DNA of 64,000 nucleotides from assembly GCA_964394435.1 (NCBI GenBank), contig CAYMXN010000002.1, forward strand, positions 14,196 to 78,195. Direction: 5' to 3'. The notes below the pieces were generated by a model, which saw only the letters and a program-made list of their open reading frames with translations, searched no databases and was not told the origin of the DNA. Below, in pieces: positions 48,911 through 57,286 of the stretch. Every line of letters starts with the position of its first letter. The stretch's first letter is position 1. Source of the DNA: an uncultured Candidatus Saccharibacteria bacterium. Its GTDB lineage: Bacteria; Patescibacteriota; Minisyncoccia; UBA6257; 1-14-0-10-44-23. A program made the position numbers and the translations under genes.

Positions 48911-49291
48911 ATGCGCAAGCACCAGGCTGGTTATACGGGAACTGAAGTAATCATCACTTTCGCCCTCATCGCCCTTTTAGCGTCGGCGGTGGCCGGGCTT
49001 CTAAGCGTGACTCGAAGATACAAAGAGCAGACTGAACGAACGACTGCTCTCGCAGGCTGGCTCACTGCCAACAACCCCGAGATGAACTTCTCGGCGAAGG
49101 TTGGTGATACGTGCGGATGCGATCACGGCAAGACCGTCCCCTATCAGCTCGAGCTGATGGACAAGGTCTCGGACAAGTTCGCTCCCGGACTCATCTTCGT
49201 CGTCGAGCAACCGAAAGAACGCCCACTCCAGAAGGGGCAGCTCGTCACGCTCCACCTAGTCGACGGCAAGATCGAAGTCGAAAGCCCTTGA
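48911..49291 (+). CDS. prepilin-like small protein, GC-rich cassette D
   Basis: N-terminus AGYTGTEVIITFALIALLASAVAGLL has Gly then Glu at +5 and a hydrophobic helix, a class III signal-like pattern. TTGACA-17-TAAAAAT promoter, GGAG RBS, about 58 percent GC. Terminator follows. Confidence 0.5.
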   Translation: MRKHQAGYTGTEVIITFALIALLASAVAGLLSVTRRYKEQTERTTALAGWLTANNPEMNFSAKVGDTCGCDHGKTVPYQLELMDKVSDKFAPGLIFVVEQPKERPLQKGQLVTLHLVDGKIEVESP

Positions 49292-49298
49292 TTCTCAA

Positions 49299-49330
49299 AG
49301 CCCCACCTCCCTGCGGAGGTCGGGCTTTTT
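49299..49330 (+). terminator. intrinsic terminator of cassette D
   Basis: CCCCACCTCC-CTGC-GGAGGTCGGG followed by CTTTTTAATTTTT. Confidence 0.55.
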
Positions 49331-49335
49331 AATTT

Positions 49336-50382
49336 TTAAAATAATCGAATGATATCCCGACCCGTAATTGCAATCATCAGAATAAAGAGTAGCCCAAACC
49401 CAACGAGGTTAAAGACAAGCTCTTTTTTCTGACCAATTGGCGAACCCTTTATTTTTTCAATGATGATAAATAAGAAACGACCGCCGTCTAAAGCAGGAAA
49501 TGGAATCGCGTTAAGAATTGCGAGGTTGAGCGAGATCATGCCAAGTAGCTGCATCAGATAAACGAGACCGAGGCCGCCAAGCTGATTGGCTACGCCCCAG
49601 ATACCAATTGGCCCAACTACGCCCTCAAGTAGTTCCGCGTGTACAAATAGCCGACTCACCATCGAGCCGAATGTCTGAAGAATCTGACCCATCACTTCGA
49701 GCGAGGTCGTCAGCCCTTTCCAAAGAGCGGTGAAAAATGGAAGCTTTTCAAATCCGGCTTCAGAAATAATAACGCCGGTTGCGCCCTGCCCTTTTATATT
49801 TTCTAAGCGCGGCGTAACTTCAACATTTATTTTCTCTCCATTGCGGGTTATCTCAATCGGAAATACTTGGCCACGATGAGCCTCGGTTGCCTGAATAAAA
49901 TCTGAAGCGGTTTTAAACTGTAATACTTGGTCGCCTGGAAGGATACCGGCGAGTGCGGCCGGAGAGTCCGGCATCACATTGGTAATCACTACCGCTTGCG
50001 GTGCGCCCACCATAAATACTGCCGAGAGTAAGAGCCAGCCGGCGAAGAAGTTAATCGCCACCCCGGCAAATACAATCGTTAAACGGCGCCAGGCGCTTTG
50101 GTGCGCAAAGCTACGCGAAGGTTCGATGATCTCCCCGGTCTGTGCGGCTCGGCGCTCCATCTGCTCCTTGCTTTCACCATAGATTTTTACAAATCCGCCA
50201 AACGGGATCCAGTTAAAGCTGTACTCGGTCTCCCCTTTTTTAATCGCAAAGATGCGCGGCGGAAACCCAAAGCCAAACTCCTCGACTTTCAGCCCCGCTT
50301 GCTTAGCGGCGATAAAGTGACCAGCCTCGTGGACGATAATAAGCAGTGAGATTCCAATAACAATGATTAATCCAAATAACAT
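49336..50382 (-). CDS. rseP: RIP metalloprotease RseP (site-2 protease, M50) with PDZ domain
   Basis: HEAGHFIAAK zinc motif in TM1, PDZ insert, C-terminal LDGG motif (PALDGGRF). Confidence 0.88.
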   Translation of the reverse strand: MLFGLIIVIGISLLIIVHEAGHFIAAKQAGLKVEEFGFGFPPRIFAIKKGETEYSFNWIPFGGFVKIYGESKEQMERRAAQTGEIIEPSRSFAHQSAWRRLTIVFAGVAINFFAGWLLLSAVFMVGAPQAVVITNVMPDSPAALAGILPGDQVLQFKTASDFIQATEAHRGQVFPIEITRNGEKINVEVTPRLENIKGQGATGVIISEAGFEKLPFFTALWKGLTTSLEVMGQILQTFGSMVSRLFVHAELLEGVVGPIGIWGVANQLGGLGLVYLMQLLGMISLNLAILNAIPFPALDGGRFLFIIIEKIKGSPIGQKKELVFNLVGFGLLFILMIAITGRDIIRLF

Positions 50383-50427
50383 ATGTGCTTATTGTAAGGG
50401 AAAATAGGTACTAGCGCCACTCAATGA

Positions 50428-50464
50428 ATCACCCCCACTAGAAGTCTGGTGGGGGTGATTTTTA
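50428..50464 (-). terminator. intrinsic terminator after frr
   Basis: ATCACCCCCAC-N9-GTGGGGGTGAT followed by TTTTAT. Confidence 0.65.
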
Positions 50465-51013
50465 TTCCAAGATTTCTTTTTCCTTTTTCTTGAGCAAGTT
50501 CTCGATTTCCATATTACCCTTATCGATCAACTCCTGAATCTTTTTGCGTCCGCGGGTTTTTTGATCTTCGGTGATCGCTTTCATCTTTTCAGCAGCATCG
50601 GTTTTTTTATTCGCATCATCGCGAATACCGCGAAGCTGAATCTTTGACTTCTCTGTAGTTGCTTTTAATAACTTAATGAGCTCGTCGCGACGCTCCTGAC
50701 TAAGTGGCGGAAGCGAAACACGGATACTACTCCCTTGGGCAGCGAGAGAAAACCCGCGCTTAGAATCTTCGAGCGCTTTCATTACTTGTTCAGTGCCTGA
50801 TGGGTCCCAGAGTGTGATGACCATTTCGCGTGGTGGGACAACTGAAATTGAGCCAAGCTGCTTAATCTGAAGCTGCTGACCCATGTAGTCGATTTTTACA
50901 TCCTCAACCAACGCCGGAGACGGGCGGTTGGTTCGAATCGCGCCCGCCTCACCTACTAAGGCGGCAAGGGCGGAAGCGATGCGCTGTTCTAACTCTTTAA
51001 TGATTTGGTCCAT
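50462..51013 (-). CDS. frr: ribosome recycling factor
   Basis: 183 aa. ALVEDVKIDYMG...IRVSLPPLSQERRDELIK match RRF. Confidence 0.95.
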   Translation of the reverse strand: MDQIIKELEQRIASALAALVGEAGAIRTNRPSPALVEDVKIDYMGQQLQIKQLGSISVVPPREMVITLWDPSGTEQVMKALEDSKRGFSLAAQGSSIRVSLPPLSQERRDELIKLLKATTEKSKIQLRGIRDDANKKTDAAEKMKAITEDQKTRGRKKIQELIDKGNMEIENLLKKKEKEILE

Positions 51014-51017
51014 AATT

Positions 51018-51305
51018 TTATTTTAAGAAATTCTCGATAAGCTTTTCTACTTGTTTTCCATTCGCCCTCTCTAGATCGAAATCCCAATCCTTTGGAACTT
51101 CATATACTGCATTGCAGTATCCGCACTTGAAACACTCCTTTGTATCGCTAGTTGGGAAAAGTGAAATGAAAAACATCTGGAAATACCTCCTACCCCTCAC
51201 CCTAATTAACGGGGCCTCTTTCTTGCAATGTGGACATGTCGCTTTTTGCACCTTTGCATAAGGGACTTCCTCATTTACAAACTTTTCACCAAAGATAGCA
51301 AACAT
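51018..51305 (-). CDS. zinc-ribbon domain protein (two CxxC pairs)
   Basis: CPHCK ... CFKCGYC pattern. 95 aa. Confidence 0.5.
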   Translation of the reverse strand: MFAIFGEKFVNEEVPYAKVQKATCPHCKKEAPLIRVRGRRYFQMFFISLFPTSDTKECFKCGYCNAVYEVPKDWDFDLERANGKQVEKLIENFLK

Positions 51306-51306
51306 A

Positions 51307-52065
51307 TTAACTGATAAATGGTAAGACTGATTCTAATTGTAATCGTTTATTGGTTGAGTAGTCGCCCATCGCGGTCTGGCGATAGAGCAGTGCTTTGAGC
51401 GCGCGCCAGTTGAGTTCGGGCTTTTTCGCCAGCTCCTCAATTAGTGCGTCGACGAAAGTATCTATCATTTTGTCCCCTTTTTCAAGAATCTCTTTCTCAT
51501 TCGTCGCCAACTCTTTAATCATATCACTGCGCCCTTTTGCGGTTGAGCCAAGAAACTTACGCACGAGCTCATCTGCCTGACTTTCGATTTCAGAGCGATT
51601 TGGACGGGCACCTTTGGCCGCACTGATATACAGTTTTTGAAAGCGTGAAAGGAGCGGAGGAAGTAAGACCCCGAGATCTCGCACCACTAAAATAATCAGC
51701 GCGTGCTTTGGGGGCTCTTCGGCGATTTTCAGCAAAGCGTTTTGCGCTTGCGTAGTCAGGTCACCGGCGGCATGAACGATGAGCGTACGCTTTTGTGAGG
51801 CGACTGGCTGCTTATATAAAAAGGATGAGAACTCGCGCGCTACATCAACGCCCAAGTCTTGCTTTTTGCCGTCGATAACCAACGCATCAAACAAAACTGC
51901 TTGTGATTGCTCCCATTGTTTGGTTTCTAAGTAATTTGCGATTGAGTGTGCGGCAAGAAACGCCTGCGCCATATCCGGACCAAAAAAAATATATCCTTGA
52001 GCGAGGGTTTCTTTTTCGGCGAGCTTTTTAAAATCAGACTCTATTTCTTTAATTGACGCCATCAC
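51307..52065 (-). CDS. holB: DNA polymerase III delta-prime-like clamp-loader subunit (degenerate P-loop)
   Basis: NALLKIAEEPP matches the clamp-loader sensor region (LLKtLEEPP). The Walker A position reads IFFGPDMA, which lacks Lys/Thr. Confidence 0.6.
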   Translation of the reverse strand: MMASIKEIESDFKKLAEKETLAQGYIFFGPDMAQAFLAAHSIANYLETKQWEQSQAVLFDALVIDGKKQDLGVDVAREFSSFLYKQPVASQKRTLIVHAAGDLTTQAQNALLKIAEEPPKHALIILVVRDLGVLLPPLLSRFQKLYISAAKGARPNRSEIESQADELVRKFLGSTAKGRSDMIKELATNEKEILEKGDKMIDTFVDALIEELAKKPELNWRALKALLYRQTAMGDYSTNKRLQLESVLPFIS

Positions 52066-52072
52066 CCTTATC

Positions 52073-52687
52073 CTACCTCTTCTTACTGATTATTTGTATC
52101 CAGTTCGTTTTGCCAGTCTTTTCAATCTGTTTGTGCACTACCTGAAGTCCCACCTGCTTGAAATATCCCTCGAGCTCCGGGATAGTGTAATAGCTGAAGA
52201 AGATCTCCTGCGGCTGGTCATAGTCGGTATCGATCTTCACCTCTTCATCAGGTTGCCCCTCCCACACCTCTTTGACGGCGACATAGAACAATCCACCTGG
52301 TTTCAACTTACTATTAAGCGCTTTCATCGTTGCGAGAATATCTTTCTTGGCGACGTGTAAAAGTGAAGCCTGCGCAAAAATAGCATCAAACTCTTTCGTT
52401 AGTTTTCCTGTCTCTTCGAGACTCAGCACCTGATACTCCCCCGCCGGTGCGGTCTTTTTGGCGATCTCAATGAAAGATTCTGCGATGTCAGTCCCATACA
52501 CCTTCATCCCTCGGTCAATTAAGTATTTCGACTTCATGCCGCCGCCACAGCCAGCGTCTAGAACAAGTGAGCCCGACTTGAGCATCGAAATAAACCGGTC
52601 CGTCCCGGCAACCCACCAGGTATCAGAAGAGTGAGTAGCGTGCCAATCTGCAGCTATTTTGTTATAGGTTTCTTTTAATGAAGCCAT
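52073..52687 (-). CDS. class I SAM-dependent methyltransferase
   Basis: Motif I VLDAGCGGGMKS, motif II spacing, and the acidic residue of post I (YGTDI). Confidence 0.8.
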   Translation of the reverse strand: MASLKETYNKIAADWHATHSSDTWWVAGTDRFISMLKSGSLVLDAGCGGGMKSKYLIDRGMKVYGTDIAESFIEIAKKTAPAGEYQVLSLEETGKLTKEFDAIFAQASLLHVAKKDILATMKALNSKLKPGGLFYVAVKEVWEGQPDEEVKIDTDYDQPQEIFFSYYTIPELEGYFKQVGLQVVHKQIEKTGKTNWIQIISKKR

Positions 52688-52911
52688 TATGCTCGGCCTC
52701 GAATAATTAATTCTACTTGTCTAAGAAATTTATCGAGGTTTTTCTGATCTTTCTCCCGAATGATTCTTTCTCGCTCTGCATTAAATTGAGCGACAAGAGC
52801 GTCTATTCTTTTGACGTTCTCTGCATTACTTAACTCTACTATCTTCTTTACTTCACTTCCCCACCCCTTCTCTCGAAAATATTCCTCATAGGATCGGACA
52901 GGCTTTTCCAT
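52687..52911 (-). CDS. hypothetical small protein (74 aa)
   Basis: Charged, helical ORF between mreB2 and the methyltransferase. Confidence 0.4.
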   Translation of the reverse strand: MEKPVRSYEEYFREKGWGSEVKKIVELSNAENVKRIDALVAQFNAERERIIREKDQKNLDKFLRQVELIIRGRA

Positions 52912-52914
52912 ATT

Positions 52915-53922
52915 TTACCTCTTATTTAAGAGTGTACGCTTGTATACGTCGAGGTGGCCCAAGATAAGGCCGGTGCCTTTAGCAACGCAGAACAGTGGCT
53001 CGTCGGCGATATAGGTCGCGACGCCAGTAATACGCTTAAAGAACTCATCAATATTGCGGAGATTCGCACCACCGCCGGAAACGATAATACCCTTTTCCAT
53101 AATGTCAGCAACGAGCTCCGGAGGCGTGTTGTTAAAGACACTCTGTACCCCACCGGCGATATCCATCAAATGTGGGTTAAGTGCCTCGGCGATTTCGTTG
53201 GAGGTAAGCGTGATGTCTTTTGGAAGTCCGCTGGCGATATCGCGTCCGCGAACTTTAGTTGAAAGTTTTTCTTTGGTCGGAAGTGCGGAACCGATTTCAA
53301 TCTTTACCGCTTCGGCAGTTTGCTCACCGATAAAGACGCCATATTTCTTTTTCACATAATCCATAATCGCCTGGTCAAACTTGTTACCGGCGACGCGCAG
53401 CGACGACCAGCTCACGATGCTCCCCAGGGATACCACCGCGACTTCAGCCGTTCCACCTCCGATATTAATGATCATATTACCCGAGTGTGAGTTGATAGGA
53501 ATATCAGCGCCGAGCGCGGCGAGAATTGGTTCTTTGACGATATAGACTTCTTTCGCTCCGGCTTCACGCGTTGCGTTAGTTACCGCACGACGCTCGGTCT
53601 GCGTAATACCTGCAGGAACAGAGATAACAACGTCTGGGCGGAAGACGTTAAATGAACCGGTAGCTTTGGCGATAAAATACTTGAGCATCGCCTTAGTAAT
53701 ATAGTAGTCGGCGATCACTCCATCTTTGAGAGGCTTGTACGCGGTAATATCTTGCGGAGTGCGGCCGATCATATTCTTTGCTTCTTGGCCGACGGCGAGT
53801 ACTTGGTTATCCGGAGAACCCAACGCGACAATAGTCGGCTCATTCACAATAAACCCTCTTCCTGGAACGAAGACGATGGTGTTTGCGGTACCTAAGTCTA
53901 TGCCGATTTTGCGTACAAACAT
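52915..53922 (-). CDS. MreB-like actin homolog (second paralog)
   Basis: KIGIDLGTANTIVFV, IINIGGGTAEVAV and the same motif order as the mreB at 46385. It is not followed by mreCD. Confidence 0.88.
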   Translation of the reverse strand: MFVRKIGIDLGTANTIVFVPGRGFIVNEPTIVALGSPDNQVLAVGQEAKNMIGRTPQDITAYKPLKDGVIADYYITKAMLKYFIAKATGSFNVFRPDVVISVPAGITQTERRAVTNATREAGAKEVYIVKEPILAALGADIPINSHSGNMIINIGGGTAEVAVVSLGSIVSWSSLRVAGNKFDQAIMDYVKKKYGVFIGEQTAEAVKIEIGSALPTKEKLSTKVRGRDIASGLPKDITLTSNEIAEALNPHLMDIAGGVQSVFNNTPPELVADIMEKGIIVSGGGANLRNIDEFFKRITGVATYIADEPLFCVAKGTGLILGHLDVYKRTLLNKR

Positions 53923-53961
53923 GTGCAGGTATCCTAGCAGATAGGCATTAAGAATTCAATA

Positions 53962-54004
53962 ATATTTAAAAATAAACGGGGCGCGACTAACTAGTCACGC
54001 CCCG
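53962..54004 (-). terminator. intrinsic terminator after membrane protein gene 53987-54577
   Basis: GGGGCG-N16-CGCCCC with a T-rich stretch on the minus strand. Confidence 0.55.
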
Positions 54005-54577
54005 AGAACGATCCGCCATTAACCCCACCGCTGCATGCAACATCAGGCAATTGACCGGATAGACGAAATCCTGCCATTGCCCTCGCCATCGCATAACAAT
54101 GACAACGATACTGAGAACATACGCCACACTCCAAATGAACCACGGAAGAGGCTTTTCACTTGTTCGGTCGAGCCTTATGCTCCGCAGGGTTGGCGCAAAC
54201 GAGATAGCGATCGAACCCTGAAGGATTAGGTTCGCGTACGTAGCAGAGTTGTATTGCCACCACGCAAAGCCGGCAATGATGCCAACTCCGAGTGCCGCCC
54301 CATCCCAAGGATCGATTTTTGAAAGCTTCCCTTTCGCGAGAGCAAAGATAAAGGTGAAAAGGCAGGCAGTCGAACTCGCCAATGGAAGAATGCTCTTCAC
54401 CCAATCGCCGCTCATCGCGCGGTAACTTCCGAGATTCAGAAACGTAAGAAACACCCACAGTGTCCAAGTCGCCGTATTAGGACGAGAAACGCCCTTGAGC
54501 ATCTGTCTATTGTAAAGAACAAACGCTACCACATGCATCACCCCAGCAATCACGCCAAGAAAAAGATCGGTAGACAT
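53987..54577 (-). CDS. hypothetical polytopic membrane protein (196 aa)
   Basis: 6 to 7 predicted TM helices. Confidence 0.5.
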   Translation of the reverse strand: MSTDLFLGVIAGVMHVVAFVLYNRQMLKGVSRPNTATWTLWVFLTFLNLGSYRAMSGDWVKSILPLASSTACLFTFIFALAKGKLSKIDPWDGAALGVGIIAGFAWWQYNSATYANLILQGSIAISFAPTLRSIRLDRTSEKPLPWFIWSVAYVLSIVVIVMRWRGQWQDFVYPVNCLMLHAAVGLMADRSRGVTS

Positions 54578-54753
54578 GATTACCTTTCTCCCAGTGAAAT
54601 ACTGAGGCTTGGAGAAAAATGTCAGTAAATATTATACAATACTTCTCAATTTTTGCAATTCCTAACTAAGAATTCAACCAGATGCGTTTTAAAATAATAA
54701 CGCCCCGAACCTCTTGCGAAGGCGCGGGGCAGGAACGAGGCGAGACGCGAAGA

Positions 54754-55104
54754 CTAGGGCCGCTGACCAACCAGCTGGGCCACCAACCTCTTCGTCTTCG
54801 GATCGCCGCGGCACTCGAAGCTCCACGTCGGCTCGCCGTGACGAATGAGATTGTTCGGAGGAAGCTGGATCTGGATGGATCCTTCCAAGCCCTGAACGAT
54901 CGCATTCGCAGAAACGTGGACGTCCGGGTAGATGAGGATGCTGAGAACCACGCGCCTCTCCGAGGCATCATGACCCTCCATCTCGAAGTTCATCTGCATG
55001 AACATCGAACTGAGCTCGAGTTCACGCCCTGGGATGAGGGGCAGGCACGCGCGGACCATCTCGAGCGCGAACACAACACTTCTGCTGAGTTGGATCTTGG
55101 ACAC
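54754..55104 (-). CDS. hypothetical cytoplasmic protein, GC-rich cassette F (116 aa, GTG start)
   Basis: Perfect TTGACA-17-TATAAT promoter upstream, GGAG 7 nt before the GTG, GC-rich hairpin terminator downstream. The (+) overlapping ORF reads as an Arg-rich antisense artefact. Confidence 0.5.
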   Translation of the reverse strand: MSKIQLSRSVVFALEMVRACLPLIPGRELELSSMFMQMNFEMEGHDASERRVVLSILIYPDVHVSANAIVQGLEGSIQIQLPPNNLIRHGEPTWSFECRGDPKTKRLVAQLVGQRP

Positions 55105-55170
55105 GAGAAACTCCTGTCAAAGGAGGCGCATGGGCGAGCTGCCCACACGAATGCCGTCAAAGCATTAGAT

Positions 55171-55201
55171 ATATTATACTCTTAATTATGATAAGTGTCA
55201 A
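55171..55201 (-). promoter_or_regulatory. consensus sigma70 promoter (TTGACA-17-TATAAT) for cassette F
   Basis: Minus strand reads TTGACActtatcataattaagagTATAATat. Confidence 0.6.
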
Positions 55202-55256
55202 TAGTAAATAGCCCTTGTTTCAAGGTTTTTGTAGCTTCCTAGTACTAAATAAGCTA

Positions 55257-56561
55257 CTAGTCTACCCTCTGAATATCCGCACCGAGACTGCGAAGGCGTT
55301 CATCAAGATACTGATAGCCACGGTCGATTTCTTCAACACCGGTAATGGTCGACGGACCTTCGGCGATAAGTGCGGCGATGACATTTACCATACCGCTGCG
55401 TAAGTCCTTAACGGTTGTGTCGGCGGCTTTCAGTTTGGTCGGACCACTGATAATCGCGCTGTGTGGAAAGTTTTGTCCGTTGAATCGGCAAGTTAGCTCA
55501 CCCATACATTTAGAGAGCACTTTGATATCCGCGCCCATGCTATTTAAATCTTTCGTGTAGCTAAAACGGTCTTCGTAAATTGTTTCGTGAATAACCGAGA
55601 GGCCAGCGGCTTGAGTAAGCACAACTGAAAATGGCTGCTGCCAGTCAGTCATAAATCCCGGGTGAGTGTCGGTTTCGATTTCGATACCCTTGAAGTGTTT
55701 TAGATTTTTCGGTCGATAAAAAACGATACCATCTTCGCGCACCTCGTACTCCCCTCCGATACGGCGTACCGCGTTTAAAAAGGTGATGAGGTCGTGCTGG
55801 CGCGCGTCTTTAACCAGCACCGGCCCACCACAGGCGAGACCGAGACAGGCGAAACTTACCGCTTCGTTGCGGTCCGGGATAATCTTGTGCTTTACGCCAT
55901 GTAGGCGCTCAACACCCTCAACGCTAATAACACGATTAGCTCCGCGCTCGATAATCGCGCCCATATTTTGGAGCATCTTAATCAAGTCAACGATTTCCGG
56001 CTCAACGGCGCAGTTGTTAATCACCGTGCGCCCTTTCGCGAGTACGGCGGCGAGAATCGTATTTTCGGTAGCGCCGACGCTCGGAAACTTTAAATCGATA
56101 CGCGTACCTTTGAGGCCGTTTTTCGCAATCGCATAATAACTGTTTTCACGCACTTCGATTTGCGCACCCATCGCGGTTAACGCAGCGAGGTGTAAATCAA
56201 CCGGACGTGGGCCGATCTTGTCCCCGCCTAAAAACGGTACTTCGGCTTCGCCAACGCGTGCGAGCAAAGGACCGAGCGCGAGAATTGGAATACGATTACG
56301 ACGAGAGAGTGAAACTACGCGATGATTTTTTATTTTCGGCGTGCTAATGGTGACCACCGACCCGTCACGCTTCACATTGCTACCAATCGCCTCGCAAAGC
56401 TCGGTAACAATTTCCGTCTCACCAATATTTGGAGCGTTTTCGATTACACACTCGTCTTCAGTTAAGAGCGTAGCGATCATCGCCTTACTGATACTGTTTT
56501 TCGCGCCAGCTAAGGTGATTTCTCCGGTTAGATTTTTTCCACCGTTAATAACGAATCTCAT
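55257..56561 (-). CDS. murA: UDP-N-acetylglucosamine 1-carboxyvinyltransferase
   Basis: 434 aa. Active-site loop with Cys (LACGGPV... / KNSISKAM.. pattern) and EPSP-synthase fold repeats. Confidence 0.93.
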   Translation of the reverse strand: MRFVINGGKNLTGEITLAGAKNSISKAMIATLLTEDECVIENAPNIGETEIVTELCEAIGSNVKRDGSVVTISTPKIKNHRVVSLSRRNRIPILALGPLLARVGEAEVPFLGGDKIGPRPVDLHLAALTAMGAQIEVRENSYYAIAKNGLKGTRIDLKFPSVGATENTILAAVLAKGRTVINNCAVEPEIVDLIKMLQNMGAIIERGANRVISVEGVERLHGVKHKIIPDRNEAVSFACLGLACGGPVLVKDARQHDLITFLNAVRRIGGEYEVREDGIVFYRPKNLKHFKGIEIETDTHPGFMTDWQQPFSVVLTQAAGLSVIHETIYEDRFSYTKDLNSMGADIKVLSKCMGELTCRFNGQNFPHSAIISGPTKLKAADTTVKDLRSGMVNVIAALIAEGPSTITGVEEIDRGYQYLDERLRSLGADIQRVD

Positions 56562-56622
56562 ATAGCTCTATAGTACTTTACTCCTATGTACTAAGTACAT
56601 AGCCTGGTGGTATTCTATATAT

Positions 56623-56976
56623 ATGATTTCACGTATTATCCGCTCGCTGATCGCTAATGGTATCGCGTTTGCGCTCGCCGCCTACTTTTTACCGGGATTT
56701 GTTCTTTCGGGAGATATTGTCTCCATAGCAGCGCTTGTCCTTGTCTTTACCGCGATTAACGCGTTTATCTATCCAATTATCAAGCTTGTCTTGAGTCCGA
56801 TCATCTTTTTCACTCTCGGACTCTTTACGATTGTCATTCACGCAGGAATCCTCTATATCATTGACATTTACTCTACAAACATTAGTATAAGTGGACCAAT
56901 TACCCTGCTCTACGCGACCCTGATTATTACCGCAGTTAACATCCTGTTCGGCGTAGGCAGTAAACTATCTAAGTAA
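56623..56976 (+). CDS. phage-holin-4-2 / DUF360 (YvlD-like) family membrane protein
   Basis: 117 aa, 4 TM helices. The N-terminal pattern LIANGIAFALAAYFLPGFVLSG matches YvlD-like proteins. Confidence 0.55.
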   Translation: MISRIIRSLIANGIAFALAAYFLPGFVLSGDIVSIAALVLVFTAINAFIYPIIKLVLSPIIFFTLGLFTIVIHAGILYIIDIYSTNISISGPITLLYATLIITAVNILFGVGSKLSK

Positions 56977-56980
56977 TCAT

Positions 56981-57205
56981 ATGCAAACAATCATCTCAAT
57001 CGCTCAAATCGTCGTTTCGGTTCTTTTAATGATCTTGATCCTTCTTCAGGAGCGTGACAGCGATATGTCTGGATTTTTAAGCGGCGGTAGCGCCGGTGGT
57101 GGTTTCTATCAACAGCGCCGCGGCCTCGAGAAAGTCATGTTCTATGCTACGATTATTTTAGTGTTCGTATTCGCAGGTTTGGCGCTTGCCAGCCTTTTCG
57201 TCTAG
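56981..57205 (+). CDS. secG: preprotein translocase subunit SecG
   Basis: 74 aa with two TM helices, LLQERDSDMSGFLSGGSAGGGFYQQRRGLEK central loop. Confidence 0.78.
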   Translation: MQTIISIAQIVVSVLLMILILLQERDSDMSGFLSGGSAGGGFYQQRRGLEKVMFYATIILVFVFAGLALASLFV

Positions 57206-57286
57206 ACCCTCCTCTCGTCGGAATCGATTTTTGTTTTGAATTAGCTCTCGTATCATTAGGAGCTTACTCTTTTATATCTCGACTTC

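Noticed and set aside
54682-55185. 167-aa plus-strand ORF overlapping cassette F
   Set aside because: Arg-rich antisense reading of a GC-rich gene. The minus-strand ORF has a consensus promoter, SD and terminator in the right places.
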